The notes under the pieces are model-generated. The model was not told the DNA's origin. It did not search any database and saw nothing but the letters and a program-made list of their open reading frames with translations. A DNA stretch of 64,000 nt, taken from Lama guanicoe (taxonomy: Eukaryota). The position numbers were made by a program, and so were the translations under genes. The stretch lies in contig MU053652.1 of NCBI GenBank assembly GCA_013239625.1, positions 6,997,902 to 7,061,901 of the forward strand, in the 5' to 3' direction. Shown piece after piece: positions 1 to 12,810 of the stretch (the first letter of the stretch is position 1; each line of letters begins with the position of its first letter).

Positions 1-194
1 TTATTTCTATATAGTCAAATGTGGGAAATACTGTCAGTATATCCATAAGACCAACTGTTGAGCACAAAGGATGCCTTCTACCTGTTTAAGTAAAAATAGC
101 CAACCACCAGGAACAAAGACATCTTCTGGCAGTGTTGAGCATTCGCCAAGCATTATATTATGGGACATAGAAACACTGCCTAAACTTAAACTTG

Positions 195-618
195 ATGTGT
201 CAAATACGGCCAGGTCTTACAGGCCTAAAATCAAGGTGGTAGCAGGGCTGAATCCCTTCTCGAGGCTCAAGGGGAGAAATAGTACCCCAACCCTTGGCTC
301 ATCGCCCCCTCCTTCCATCTTTAATAAAAGCCAGTAATTAAATCACTCAGACTCTGCTTCTGTCATCAAATCTCCTCTGTCTCTCCCATATTCCTTTCTA
401 AAGATCCTTGTGATTATATTGGACCCATGCAGAAAAATGAGATGCCCATCTCAAGACCCTTGACTTAATCACATCTGTAAAATCCCCTCTGCCATGTCAG
501 GTAACATATTAACATACATTATAACGTATTAGGTACATATAACGTATGTACCTAACATAATAGGTTCCAGGGAGTAGGACATAGACATCTTTGGGGAGTT
601 ATTTTTCTACCTACCACA
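195..618 (-). mobile_element. MaLR LTR, MLT1 family (MLT1C-like), partial
   Basis: Diagnostic MLT1 blocks: ctaaaatcaaggtg..agcagggctg, ccttgtgattatattggaccc, cttaatcacatctg, ggttccaggga.taggacat.gacatctttgggg; terminus ctaccaca at 611-618. Confidence 0.85.
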
Positions 619-2859
619 ACACTCCCCTTTTGTTCACATTCAAAAAAATACAACTGAAACCACTGCGTTAGCAATCATACGTCTCAGTTTCCTGAATATC
701 AACAGTAATGATTTAGATTTTCAGAGTGCTGAGAAAAGATTTACTTGCCAGATGACTGAAAAATATAAATAGCACCAGCAACTAAATTTAAGAAATACAG
801 GGCATTATTTCAGAGTTTTTGTTGCATACAGCTTACATAGACAAAGAATGATTTTGTTTCACAGCTACTATATCCATCAACTCAATTTTATCACTTTGTT
901 TTTCTAAACAAGAAAATGTTTAATAAATCATACACATCTGTCATTTTATTTGTTGCTGTAAGAGGCATCATGTGTTAAGAACAAGTGTTTAGAATTCAAA
1001 GTGATGTATTCTCCCTTTCTAGTAACTTGTAGTATTTTCTTGGTATTTTCTCACCTTGCAGCAAAAGTTTAGAGGTTTCCATGTTCTCCATGAGCTATTA
1101 TAAATCCAAAGAGACTTACCACATCCAAAAAAATAGTACCTGCTTGTTTGATAATTCACAGAGTCCTTTCTCCACATCAGATAAATGCTACTTGACCATG
1201 AGAGATCTAATAAAAGCCAATGTCAATTTTTTCAAATTCCTCCTCTGTTGCATCTGTGCATGGGTCATTACACATCTTCAGCACATCATGTGTTTAGACA
1301 TTAGAGCTAGACCTGGTTCATCTAAATCAATTTGTAATGTATGAAGTTCAGTTACAGATTTTCACTGCTAATGCTTCACAATATGAGTCCAGTATTTAGT
1401 TGTTCATCAAAGATAAAAAAAAAAAACTCTACTCAAACCGAGAACAATTGCTTTTATTTTTCACCTCATTACAGCTTTGAGTCTCACTTTGCTTATATTC
1501 TGGATTCATATCAATTCACCTAAATAACAGATACAGATATGTGTGGGGCTGTCTCACCATCAGTGCAGGCAGCAAACTCGTACTGCAGCAGATGAGCGGA
1601 CACTCATGCAATACACTGAGTAATCTCTTCTGGGGAAAACAGTACGGGAGAAAAACAATGAGAATCATTTTGACATTTCAGTAATTAAATTCATTTTGTG
1701 AGTGCCTAGATCAATCTGACTTTGTCTGAACTCCACTCTAGGATGAGTTATGAAACATGATTTCATTGTATTCAGATATGTGAAGAACTTTCCTTCAGAA
1801 GAACTAAAGAGGAAAATAACTCACCTGGTAACTGTTCTTTCAGGGATTGTTGTACAGACTAGTCTAAAGAATAAATTACTGACGTGAAAGTAATGTATTT
1901 CTGGCAGAAATGTCATTTTAACTTGTTCAGGTGCGGCTTCAAGTACACTATGTCATAGGTGACACTGTACCTGCCAGTGAGCTAGAACTTGGCCAACACC
2001 CACGCCATGAACAAGGAACAGGTACTGACTGGGTGTTCCAGTGAGAGTTAGCAAGAGGCTCAGGTTGCCCTGAAGGCAGACGTCTCAAACATCACAGCGG
2101 CTCAGGGAGGGGCTCTGTTCTTCAAAGATTCTCTGATGCCAAGTGGCATACAAAGCAGTCACTAGCATGAGGGGAGCTGGGCAGAAGACTGAGTGAGACC
2201 ACTCCTTTTAATGTGACCAATGAAGGAGGTGACTGAAAACTATAACAGGTTCTAACAGGGGCTCATTTGGAAAGACTACTAGAAAAGATCATCCAGAGGA
2301 GAAAAAAGTAAAAAAGCAGAGGAAGGAGGGTAAGAATGAAGGTAGAGACAAGTTTTTGTTTTGAGTTAGAATAATTTATTTGTAATAAATAACCTTATTC
2401 AGTTAGGACTTAGAGACAAATCAACTATTAATTTTACATTGGAATATTATTTTTGGAGGGGGGCAATGGACATTAGATGTCCAAGATTGCCAGCCACTCT
2501 AGGAAATGGAAAAAGAAACACGCTGGAATGCTGGTTCTGTACTGTCCTATCTCCCTTAAGCCCTGCCTTACTAGAAACGTTTTCTGTCTACTCTCATCTT
2601 ATGAAATGTGTTCCTACATTATCTTCTGCTAGTCACTGGTACCACTCTTGGTCTCCATTTTCTGGTTCAGGATTTACTGGCTCTTCTTGTCTTCCCCAAT
2701 TTGGACAGTTTAGGTGCCCTCTTAGTCTCAGGGCTCTACAACTATTTTTGCCCTTGGTTGACAGCACACTGTATAAATCACCCATACCTCCCCAGCTCAA
2801 ATCACCCTGATATCATTATGTTTTACAACATCACTCATGAACCTCCTGCATCAAAAGAT

Positions 2860-2972
2860 GGGTGTGTGTTAATATACAGATTCCTATGCCCCACTCTAAG
2901 AATAGGGCAAGGTTCATTTATAACAAGCATCCCCAGCTGACTAGTTGGCATGATACCTTTTGACAACCACTG
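2860..2972. mobile_element. MER5-like hAT DNA transposon fragment
   Basis: cagattcct.tgccccac...taacaagcatccccagctgact...tttgacaaccactg, resembling the MER5 core and terminus. Confidence 0.55.
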
Positions 2973-4349
2973 TGTACATCTTCAAATTACTCGAAAGGGA
3001 CAAACTTCCGCTCTTTCTTTTCCCCACCCCGAAGTGCTTCACTGAATTTTTTAGGTAACCTGACTCATACAGAAGTAAATTAAGAGAACATAAGTATTGT
3101 GAGCAGCCAGTTTGCAAAGTAAAAATTAAGAATCAGGATTGGATTTTATATGTGTAGACATACAACATTATTAAGTATTTAATGATGGTCATGAGACTAA
3201 TCCAGTACACTGCTGAAAACAGCAGATGCCATGCTGTGTTACTCATCATTAAGGTGCAAATTAATTACATGTAAGTCAGAAAATATTTTTCTGGGGTCAC
3301 TTTCTGTGTTAAAACAATCGCCCACTCCCAGTTTGCCTCATATTAGTAAAAGGGAAGAAGTTTCAGGGACACTATTTCAGAATGTATTGCAGGCATTTTA
3401 GGCGGGATTTACATAGCTGCAGTTGAATAGTAAATAAATTTCAGACTATGTAGAAATTTGTCATAGGTGATCCTTATCAAAACTATTAGTCAAAACATGA
3501 CAAATCATGTCTATGAAGTAAGTTTTTTTCTTTACAAACTTTTTTAGTTTTGTTGTTTTTAGTAATGAATCTGCTTTTCTTCACTGTGCCTTTCAAAAAA
3601 ACAAAGTTACAAATATCAGATAAAGGTTGATATCAACTTTTAATAGAAAGATAAGGATCCCAGCTGACTTATGAGGTATTGAGAATTAATTCTAGTCTTT
3701 CTAAACAAATCGCTAAACTTAGCGTGGCAATAATAGAAATGGTTTGGTAAGTTGCTATGGCTTTTGAACACAGGCATGAACAGAATCACTGACAAAACTT
3801 AACAGTTTTGTTAAATATTTGGGTAGAAGATATAACTAAGACCCACACGAGCCCCTTCCCCCCTTTTCTTTTGCTCAAAATAATAACTTTAAAAAAAAAG
3901 CTTGGCACCTTCTAAATATATACAAATTATTCAAATATGATACTGTTTCCTCAAGAACATTTGTTAATAATTAGGAGACAGTTAAAAATGACAAAAATGT
4001 TTATTCTCATGGGATTGAGTGGCCATAAGTTTACTCCCAAGTGACCATGCTGTTTTCTCAGGATTATAAAATGAACAAGAAAGAAGTGTAGGAAATGACA
4101 ACCCAGTTCTTCATACCTTAGATGGCAATGGAAGGAGAACCTGCAGCCATATGGGGTATCTTAAGACTAAATCAAAAGACTTTCACACCAGAAGTCTTGG
4201 TGTTTCAACACAAATAATCAGAGAAGCCTCAAACTCTTATATTTCATGTTACAGAGAACTTATAAATGCAAATATAGCACAAAGGTGAAAATTTGGGGGA
4301 AAAAATCCATTTGACCTCACAGCATGGCTTTCCTGCTTCACATAATAAT

Positions 4350-4560
4350 ATTTAAATGTTTATTGAGAACTTTCTTGGCTCACACATTCCAACTATAAAC
4401 TTTAAACATTTAGTCATCACAATAAGTCCATAGGGAAAGTTATATTGTGATTCAAATTCCATAAATGAGGCAAAAGGGAAGATAAAAAAAGAGCAATGCT
4501 GGGATTCCAACTCATATGATCATAGCACAGCCTGCATATTTGAACACCATGCTCTTACAG
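4350..4560 (-). mobile_element. MIR SINE, degenerate
   Basis: tttattgag...catttagtcatcacaataa...aaatgagg...gctgggattccaactca, the MIR core pattern. Confidence 0.55.
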
Positions 4561-6182
4561 CTGGTAAATTATGGATTACCTATAATTGTACAGGGGAGAT
4601 GTTTAGAATGCAGGATAGAGCCATTTTCAAATTATTCCAAGAGGATAACTGTTTAAATGTATGGTCTCTAAAATTGATACTGTCATTAATTAAATGATAG
4701 CATTATCACATTGTCCACTGTATATAATACATGTTTTGAAGAAATACAGGGGGATTCTGTTTCTTACTTGTATCATATCTTAGTTCTTTAGAACTTTATG
4801 TCACAAATATAGTAAGGGCATTAACTATGATAACATTTCTCTGAAATGATTCAATATGAATCAATTCTTCATAATGAAGATTTTTATATTTATAAAATTT
4901 TATTAATTTTTAAGAGTTACCTTTTGAGTTTTGAGATTTAAAATTCAACTAAAACAGATTCCCTCAAAGATAAACTTTCAAAATACCAACCCACTTTTTT
5001 TTTTCTGACTCACTTTTTAAGTAAACAAAACGATGAATCCCCTATTACTTTCTTGAAATTTAGGAACACAGTCCAATTATTTTCTTAATTCCAAAGAAAG
5101 AGTTAGTTATATAGTAGATATTTAATAAATTCTGGATTGATAAATTGATTTAGCTTGTATCCTAAGCTCTGTTCCCTAATAATTTGTACTATACTTTCAT
5201 ATTAAAAATTCTTAATAGTAACTTAAAAATGATCTTTGAATTGAAAAGAGTTTCTTAAACGGGATTAGAAGAGATTTTCCCTTTTTTCCCCCTAACTGTA
5301 TCAGGTAATTCATGTCAGTTTTATAACTGAAGTTTCCCTTTTTCCAATTACTTAATTAAGCCATTGGATGTTATCAGAGTCCAGTGAATTCTTCACTTCC
5401 CTATCATTATATCTTTATTTAAGTTCTCTAATTTCTTGTGAGAATTAATAGCTGGTGGAATATAAATAATGAATTTCAACTTTGACAACAAAATTCCTAT
5501 GCTAACCATGCTCTGTTCAAAGAAGTCATAAAGTTTACAGAGTTCCTATTCATTTCCTGCGGCTTTCAGAGTAGTCTTCTCTCATCTTTTCAGGTTGCAT
5601 TCCAGATTTTGACTTCAACGACTCCTCGTTGTGCCTTTATTAACGCTCACCCTATATCAGATCTTCAATTACTGATGTCATTTGTATTTTCACCTGTATT
5701 AAACTCTGCTCTTGCCTACTTCAGGACTTTTGGTTGGTTGTTTGTGTGGTCATTTGTTTTACTAAGCTGTGGCTGAGAAACCTAGAAACCAAGCTCTTGC
5801 CATTGATGCAAAGAGGTCTACCAAATACTGGTTCCATTATAAGTGTCTGTGGGTGAATGCACCAATATCATAGAGAAATTCATGGGGTGATGTCAGTGGC
5901 TCTCTTCCATGTCCCATCATGATCCTTTTTGTCAATTTCCTATCATGACACTGGAAAAGTCATTTAATCTTTCTCCTTTCCTTATTCTCCTACTCTCTTT
6001 CTTTTGATTTCATTTTCATTCCCTTTTCTCTTCCTCCCCCAAATATACTTCAGGGTTTGCTCTGGCCATCAAGGCTGATAAGTTTTTAATGTTGCTTTAA
6101 GAATAGATCATCCTATCAAACATTCTGTCCTTTTATTTTGAGTAATCAAATAGAGAATTGGGGGGTTTTGCTAAAAATTTAC

Positions 6183-6676
6183 TATATTAATCAGGATTCT
6201 CCAGAGAAACTGAACCAATAGAACTGTCTATCTATCTACCTATCTACCTACTTACCTATCTATAGCTGAGGAGTTGGCACATGTGATTATGGGGGCTGAG
6301 TCCCATGATCTGGCACCTGCAAGCTGGAGACCCAGGAAAGCCAGTGATACAGTTCCAGTACAAGTCCAGAGTCTTGGGGATAAGGGGAGCCAGTGGTGTA
6401 AATCCCAGTGCAAAGACAGGGCAGAACAACGTTTCAGCTCAGGCAGGCAGACAGGAATGGGGCAAAGCCTCCCTTTCTCCCAGTTTGTACTAATCAGGCC
6501 CTCTTAATGGATTAGATCCTGCTCATTCACATTTTGAAGGCCAATTTACTTTACTGAGTCCACAGATTCAAATACTAATCTCATCCAGAAACACCCTCAC
6601 AGACACATCTAGAAGCAATGTTTAATCTAGGCAACCCATGGCCAGGTCAAGTTGACACATAAAATTAGCCATCACA
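6183..6676 (-). mobile_element. ERVL solo LTR, MLT2 family
   Basis: Starts tatattaatcaggattctccagagaaac; internal ctgcaagctggagacccaggaaagcc; ends caagttgacacataaaattagccatcaca; contains the typical internal (TCTA)n-like tract. Confidence 0.92.
6226..6262. repeat. Imperfect (TCTA/CCTA)n microsatellite inside the MLT2 LTR
   Basis: tctatctatctacctatctacctacttacctatctat. Confidence 0.8.
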
Positions 6677-6893
6677 CATACTTTTCAGTATTTGATACAG
6701 CCTTTGATTTCTGGTGGGCATTAACCAGGTTTAAGTCATTTTGCATATACAGAAAACTTATGTATTCTTTTGATCCCACGTATCATCCAAACCATTTAAG
6801 GAAAAAGTATATGATACTCTAGATTAAACATGTCACTAAGGAACGGAGTCTTTTAATTCATGCCCTAGAATGAATTAGATGTTTTATTTTGAA

Positions 6894-6947
6894 AAGAAAG
6901 GAAGAATGGAAGGAAGGAAGGATGAAAAGAAGGAGGGAAGGACGGAA
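6894..6947. repeat. Purine-rich (GGAA)n-like simple repeat
   Basis: aagaaaggaagaatggaaggaaggaaggatgaaaagaaggagggaaggacggaa. Confidence 0.75.
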
Positions 6948-9799
6948 GTGAGACGATTAAAACAACAGCAATCTATTGATATCTGCACAACATCAAACAG
7001 CCCTACTTCTTTTCAGTCTTGAAAAAATAAAAACATTTGTTTTGGTTTCATGAAGACGTATTTCATTGAGTTTGCTCTATTTTTTAAAAAGGGATATAAA
7101 GATTATGAAAATGTGATTACTATCCTGAGAAGTGTCACTAGACTTTACAATTTAGAAAGAGAGACTACCGATACAATGTTCAATTCAAATAGAAAGATAA
7201 GCCAATAAAAACATTTTCCTGTCCTTGAAAATATGAATATTTCATATTCTATCCTATGTGCCTGACAAAGGAACTATGGAAGTTTTGCAATAAAAAAAAA
7301 CTTGTTTTTTTCTTCTTACAATGTCTTCCTATATTCCAGACACTGTGGTTTTGTCATTCATATGTTGTTTTACTCCAAGGAAAGTAGTTTCCCTTGCATA
7401 CACAGTATCATTGTCAAGGTCTTTTAGTTTGCCTTCACCATTGGTCACAGCCATCTTACACCCAAAGTGGTTATTAGAGCTTCTTAATTGCATTATGTGG
7501 GCCATTAAAATGAAGCAATCAGGGAGAACTGGTTGCAAGTCCAAAAGAAGTGGCAAAAATCATATGAAACTAATCCTTTCACCACTTGAAATGACTATAA
7601 AAGATAATGGATATGTCAGCAGACAATTAGATCAGCAGTGCAAAGAAAAGAAAATGCAATACAGGAAAGAACTTCAATAGAAAGCAATTATTAAAAAGAA
7701 AAAAAATCCCCGCTGGCAGTTCTTTGGACACATCCCCCCTCCACACATCCAAGTTTGAGTTTGACTTGAATATATTCCTTTTCAAATTCTGTCCAACTGG
7801 TGATTAAATTTACATACATACAAATTATTTCGGAAGTTTTAAAAGCTAGGGCCACTTGATAAAGAAGCTGCCTAGAAGCAGCTGAGCCTTGAGATGATAG
7901 AAACTAGTTGTGTAATTAAAATCTTCTACCTTTACCCAGGATGTTAAGTGTTCCAGAATTTATATAAACTCATTTTACTAATCTGTGTGCTTTGGAAATT
8001 CCTTTTGCAAAATTGAATAGAGAAGTAGTTGCAAATGATAAACAGGAAACAAGAGAGATTGCTTCTTTGGCAATATCTCAACTTCAATATCTTAAATGCT
8101 GAGGGAACCTGGTCTTAGCCATTTTCATATTAGGAAAAAAACAGACAGACAGTTAACAGTTAAAAATCATCATTTCAAAGCTTTCCGTTTAAAGAAGAAT
8201 CTAAAGAGCAATTTCTATGTTCTCCCTCTGCCTGTTCAGCACTTTGATGTCTGTCCCTACACGTGTCTACAATTCCCATGCATAAAACAAGGCTCAATTT
8301 AACAACGTGAAGAATTCAGTTTCACACATTGCTAAGTATGAAAATAAGTGTTCCATAAGTGAACTGCACTGCTAGCTTGTTTCCTGAATGAAAGAGTGGA
8401 TGATTGATGATGAAATGAACTAACAATTTGACAGTAAGTGTGTATAATGGAGAGTCTTGGTACATGGCTATGTTTCTCACCAATGTGTAGCTGCCCCAGG
8501 ATAATACAGAAATTGCCTTTTCCTTGCTAGTATAAATTTTACATCAATCTCTTTCAGTTAATCAGAAGAAGAGAGGCTGGTTGGGCTCCTGTCACAGCCT
8601 TTATGTTTGTTATTAACTTTGCCCAAAGAATTTATGATTTATTTATTTTTTAATAAGCAACTTACAAAGCATATAGTGATGGATCAGCTATGATTTAAGT
8701 TTCAGGAGATTTTAAGCCTATATTTTACACAGATTTATATATCCCTTAGAAATGTCACATTATTTTCAGTCATCTACAAATGTTATGTGACACAATTAGC
8801 CACATTTAGAAAATAGGATTAAAAAACCAAGTTGTGATAATATCTGCCTTTGTTTAGAAAATATATCAAACAGAAACCAAAAGATGTATAATTTATACAA
8901 TAAGAATAATTATGAGGGATTTCTAAATTGTACACCTACCTAAATTTTCCTTCTTCTGCCAGGTTCATTATTTCATCTTCCTTGGTAAACTTCCTTGGCA
9001 CACTCAGAGTTAGACCTGCCCTCTGTAGACCTCCACCAATAGGGAGTCAGTCCGGAAACCTAGAACTTGACATGCCCTAATCTCTAACCTCATTCCCTGT
9101 TTCCCTGAACTCCACCACTATCTGTTTGGAATCATCAGGACTAAACGAATGGCAATCTGTATCTCTTTTTACATCAATCACCACAAGGAAGCTTGGGTCT
9201 CCAACTTATTCCTCATTCCCCAGATTTCAACTCTCAGAACGCTCTTTAGCCCTTTTTCTACCTACCTTTTTTCCCCCTCCACAACTCTGAAAACTTTTCT
9301 GCTTTAATCTCTAGAATTCACCAGATTCTCTAATTCTTCTCTGAGCACACCCAGCACTTTCTCATCTAACCAGGCTTCACACATTCTGTTGTTTGTCTCC
9401 TTCTTCCCTCTAACCACTGGCCATGGAGACAGGACAGATATTCTCCGACTAACCGCCACTTCCAACATACTCTCTTCTCTTCTCTTCCTCTCCAAAGACT
9501 CTCAGTCTAAATGATCTGAGTCACTTCTTCCCATTCCTTAAAGATTTGATGATTGAGTCACCATTACTCTTCAAAGCTACCTTGTTTTAATTTTTAGTGA
9601 TGTTAAATCTACTATAAAAAGCTGCATAAGGATCAAGTGGATTACTAGGGACCCTCCCCATTCCTTTCCTTTCCAGGAGACTACTCTCACATATATTACC
9701 ATTAGAGAGGATGTTTATCCTCTGGAGAAGTATAACCAAAAAGGCTCCAGACTCAAAAATAAATGGAATAGATGGAGGCAGAGTATTGTAACTTAGGTC

Positions 9800-9957
9800 G
9801 TTACTGCTCAAAGTATGTTCCATACAGTAGCAGAACTTTTATCACCTGAAATCTTGTTAGAAATTCAGAAACAGAGACACTGCACTAGAAATATGGAATC
9901 ACAATCTGTATTTTACTATGTATTTATTACGCATATCAAAGTTTAAGAAGCAGTGAC
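9800..9957. mobile_element. MER5A-like hAT DNA transposon
   Basis: ctcaaagtatg...atcacctg.aa.cttgttagaaat.cagaa...atctgtatttta...aaagtttaagaagcagtg. Confidence 0.75.
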
Positions 9958-10056
9958 TTATGCTATTAATTAAAAGGATGTGGCAATCCAGCTTTCATTC
10001 ACCAAGCAAGCCCCACGGCAAAGATCTGACAATGCTGATGTTCCAGCTTGGTTTTC

Positions 10057-11123
10057 TGAGGCAGAGATGGCTAGCAGCCATCAAAATTAATACTCCCTCT
10101 CCTACAGCCTAGAGCTGTCACTGGGAAGCGGTGGTACAACCTGAGACAACATTTCCCAGCCCACTCTGCATTGAACTAGTTCTGGCCACTCTAGTTTGAG
10201 CAGACATGATACAGGTCACTTCCAGGATAGAAATTTAAAAAGCAATATGCCCCCACTAAAGTTCTTTTCCCTTTCTGCCATGTGGGTACTACAAGACCCT
10301 GTGACAAGCAGCATCTCAAGGTAAAGAGGTTTATGTTTCCAAATCTCTACAGAGAGAGAAATCATCCATTAACCAGAAAAAGTGAATAATAAAAAATTTC
10401 CATTGTGTTTGAGCCTTTATGCAGCCTTTATTTCAGGGTCTGTTGAGACAGGAAGGGGGCAGGGCACAGATATTCAAGGAATGATACAGCAATTAACATC
10501 AGAATGGTGAAAGATTCAACCCCCAGGAGGCCTTGAGGCTCAAGATGGTGGGAGATTTGACTTCTAGTAAACCTTTAGCTTCATTATACACCCATTGTAA
10601 TATATTAACATGGTAAATAACATGCCCACAGGCACCATGGCAGTTCCAAGGCTAGCCACAAAAGGTCAAAGAGTGGGAAATGGCCAACTTCCTGGGAATC
10701 CCAGCCCCTTCTCCAGACTACTTAGACTGGTCCTTCCACTTATTAGCATATGAAGCCTCTGAGCCCATTAAAAACTGGCAACATGTTGCATAGCAGCCAT
10801 CACGGCCCTCTCTCTCCCTCCCCCTTTAGAGACTACCCGCACTCTGCCTACAGAGTGTCTACCTACTTTTACTCTAATCTGAGCACCCAATCCCCGCACT
10901 TCATGGCCTTTCTCTTGCCTTTCAATGTATCTCTCTGAATAAATCTACCTTTACTCAACTGTGGACCGCTCTTGAATTCTTTCCTGCGCAAAGCCAAGGA
11001 CCCACACTTGGCAGGGCAATTCCCAGGGGCTCAGCCGAAGCCTGGGACACAGCCCTCATCACGCAGCACATCTGTTTTTCCTGCATCACTGTTGAGGAAG
11101 CTAGCTATGTTTTATCCAATACA
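10057..11123 (+). mobile_element. Old MaLR LTR (MLT1 group) split by a younger ERV1 LTR inserted at 10444-11088
   Basis: Start tgaggcagagatgg; internal acaacatttcccagccc.ctctgca and gtcacttccagg; the 3' part cattgtgtttgagcc...ctgt resumes after 11088 and ends ccaataca. Confidence 0.65.
10444..11088 (+). mobile_element. ERV1-class (MER4/MER41-group-like) solo LTR with 4-bp TSD CTGT
   Basis: TG...CA termini with inverted ends tgagacagga/tcctgcatca; CTGT at 10440-10443 and 11089-11092; AATAAA at 10938-10943 followed by cttgaattctttcctgcgcaaagccaaggaccc, typical of MER4-group U5. Confidence 0.9.
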
Positions 11124-11176
11124 AATTCTCAACCAAATGTCTGGGTATACACCTGATCCACTTATGGTAATGCAAC

Positions 11177-11761
11177 TGTTAGGGTTAACAGAGTGACTAG
11201 CAGAAATTCTTGAGTCTGTTTTACAGAGCACAGTGGGAAATTGAAAACAGCTCATTTGCCCATTTCCTGTTTGCCTATTTCTGTTCCCCTCTAACTATGA
11301 GCTCACCGGGCAATTTAACCTAATTCCTGACTTGTGCTCTCCTGAATTCACACCATGTATTGCCTAACCTGTCCATTCTTTTCCTAGATTAAAATAAGTA
11401 AGAATGAAGAATTAAGTAGTTAAAGAATGACTAGCTCTGTACCTGCAATAGCCCCTGTAGCAATCCTGCAGGCAGATCACTCAGGCAAGATAACATCTGA
11501 AGAGTCAGCCAGTCTTCATTCAGTGGAGAATGATGCAGAATCCAACCTCCTGCCTTGATGATTCCCTGAGACTCTTTCCCCTTTTTTCCCTTTGAAGCTT
11601 TCATGGCTGAGCAGAATCTTTGGAGTTGTTCTTGGGACATGAGCACAGCTTCTCCCCAGATTGCCAGATTTTCTGATTAAAGCACCTGTCCTTTCTACTG
11701 ACACCTGCCTCTGAATTATTGGCTTCTGAGTGGTGAGCAGTGGAACCTGAGTTCAGTAACA
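11177..11761 (+). mobile_element. ERV1-type solo LTR
   Basis: Starts tgtta, ends gttcagtaaca; ATTAAA signal near 11676 followed by ttggcttctgagtggtgagcagtggaacctgagttcagtaaca (LTR U5-like); no intact TSD, so the left boundary is uncertain. Confidence 0.65.
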
Positions 11762-12810
11762 GGCTGAGACAGAAGATTCCAGTCCTAAAAAAGTTTGAAG
11801 TTAGAACACTGAACATTAGAATGGACAAATTTGTTACTGAATAGCCAAGAAGTATTTAAAAAATTCCTGTCATCACTTTACATTTATGACCATGCTTTTT
11901 CACCAAAGTTTCACATAGAAAATGCTCCTGCTAGTGTACAGATTTACTGCCACAATGTCTTGATTTTTTTTAATTAATGTGACTCCTGTTACTCATCATA
12001 AAAAGGAACATTGTTTCCCAATTTCAGTCTGATCACAGAGGCTAAACTCAGGTGTAGGAGCAGAGATAGAAAGCAAACTGAGAGTGATTCACTTCACCCT
12101 GTCTTTCTAAAGACTGCAGCTTCAAAACACAAAGACCTTCTATGCAGTAATTATATTTTGTCACTTTGCATAATAATATATCTTACAGTCTACTTCTGTT
12201 TTCTAAATCACTTGGAGGTTGCAAATTGTTCTTGCAATTATCTGATTTTCTACCTAACTGGGACAGAGTTTCTCAAACTGTGAGGCTGATCACCCTGGGA
12301 AGACTTCAATCTTTTCATGGGGATGTGAAAGCCAGCCCAAGGAGAAGGGTGGTATATTTCCATTCTGATTAATTATTTTCACTAAGGGATAAGAAAGCAA
12401 AAGCATCTAATTAGGAATTTTTTGGTATATTTTATTTCTGTTGGATGAAGTATATCATTCTCTTCTACCTTGTGACATCAAAAATATTTATGTGTTTCAT
12501 TAGCATTTATACATTTAGGAGTAACAGATGTAATTATTTTGGTCATCAGACTAATAATTGTATTCTGTTTGCACCTCAGAGTAGGAAGAAATGTAAAGAT
12601 TTCAATAACCTTTGCTTTCTAACATACCCTATATATACTCAATGGAAATGTTAATAATTGTATCACTTCTGAGATATAATAATATTCCAACTTCTTTTTG
12701 ATTTCATTAATCATTGTCTATTCCTCTACTTTATTACATGCCCCCCTCACAAACAAAGAGTAGTAAGACACTGCAGAATATTTTGGATGTCAATAATTTT
12801 AGAATGAAGT

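Noticed and set aside
2439..2940. Two overlapping 110-123 aa ORFs
   Set aside because: Non-ATG starts, no recognisable protein, partial overlap with a MER5-like repeat.
7321..7680. 119-aa ATG ORF
   Set aside because: No recognisable family and no supporting splice or promoter context.
11752..11841. 10-bp inverted repeat ttcagtaaca / tgttactgaa next to an LTR end
   Set aside because: Short enough to be chance; no second LTR is recognisable from 11832.
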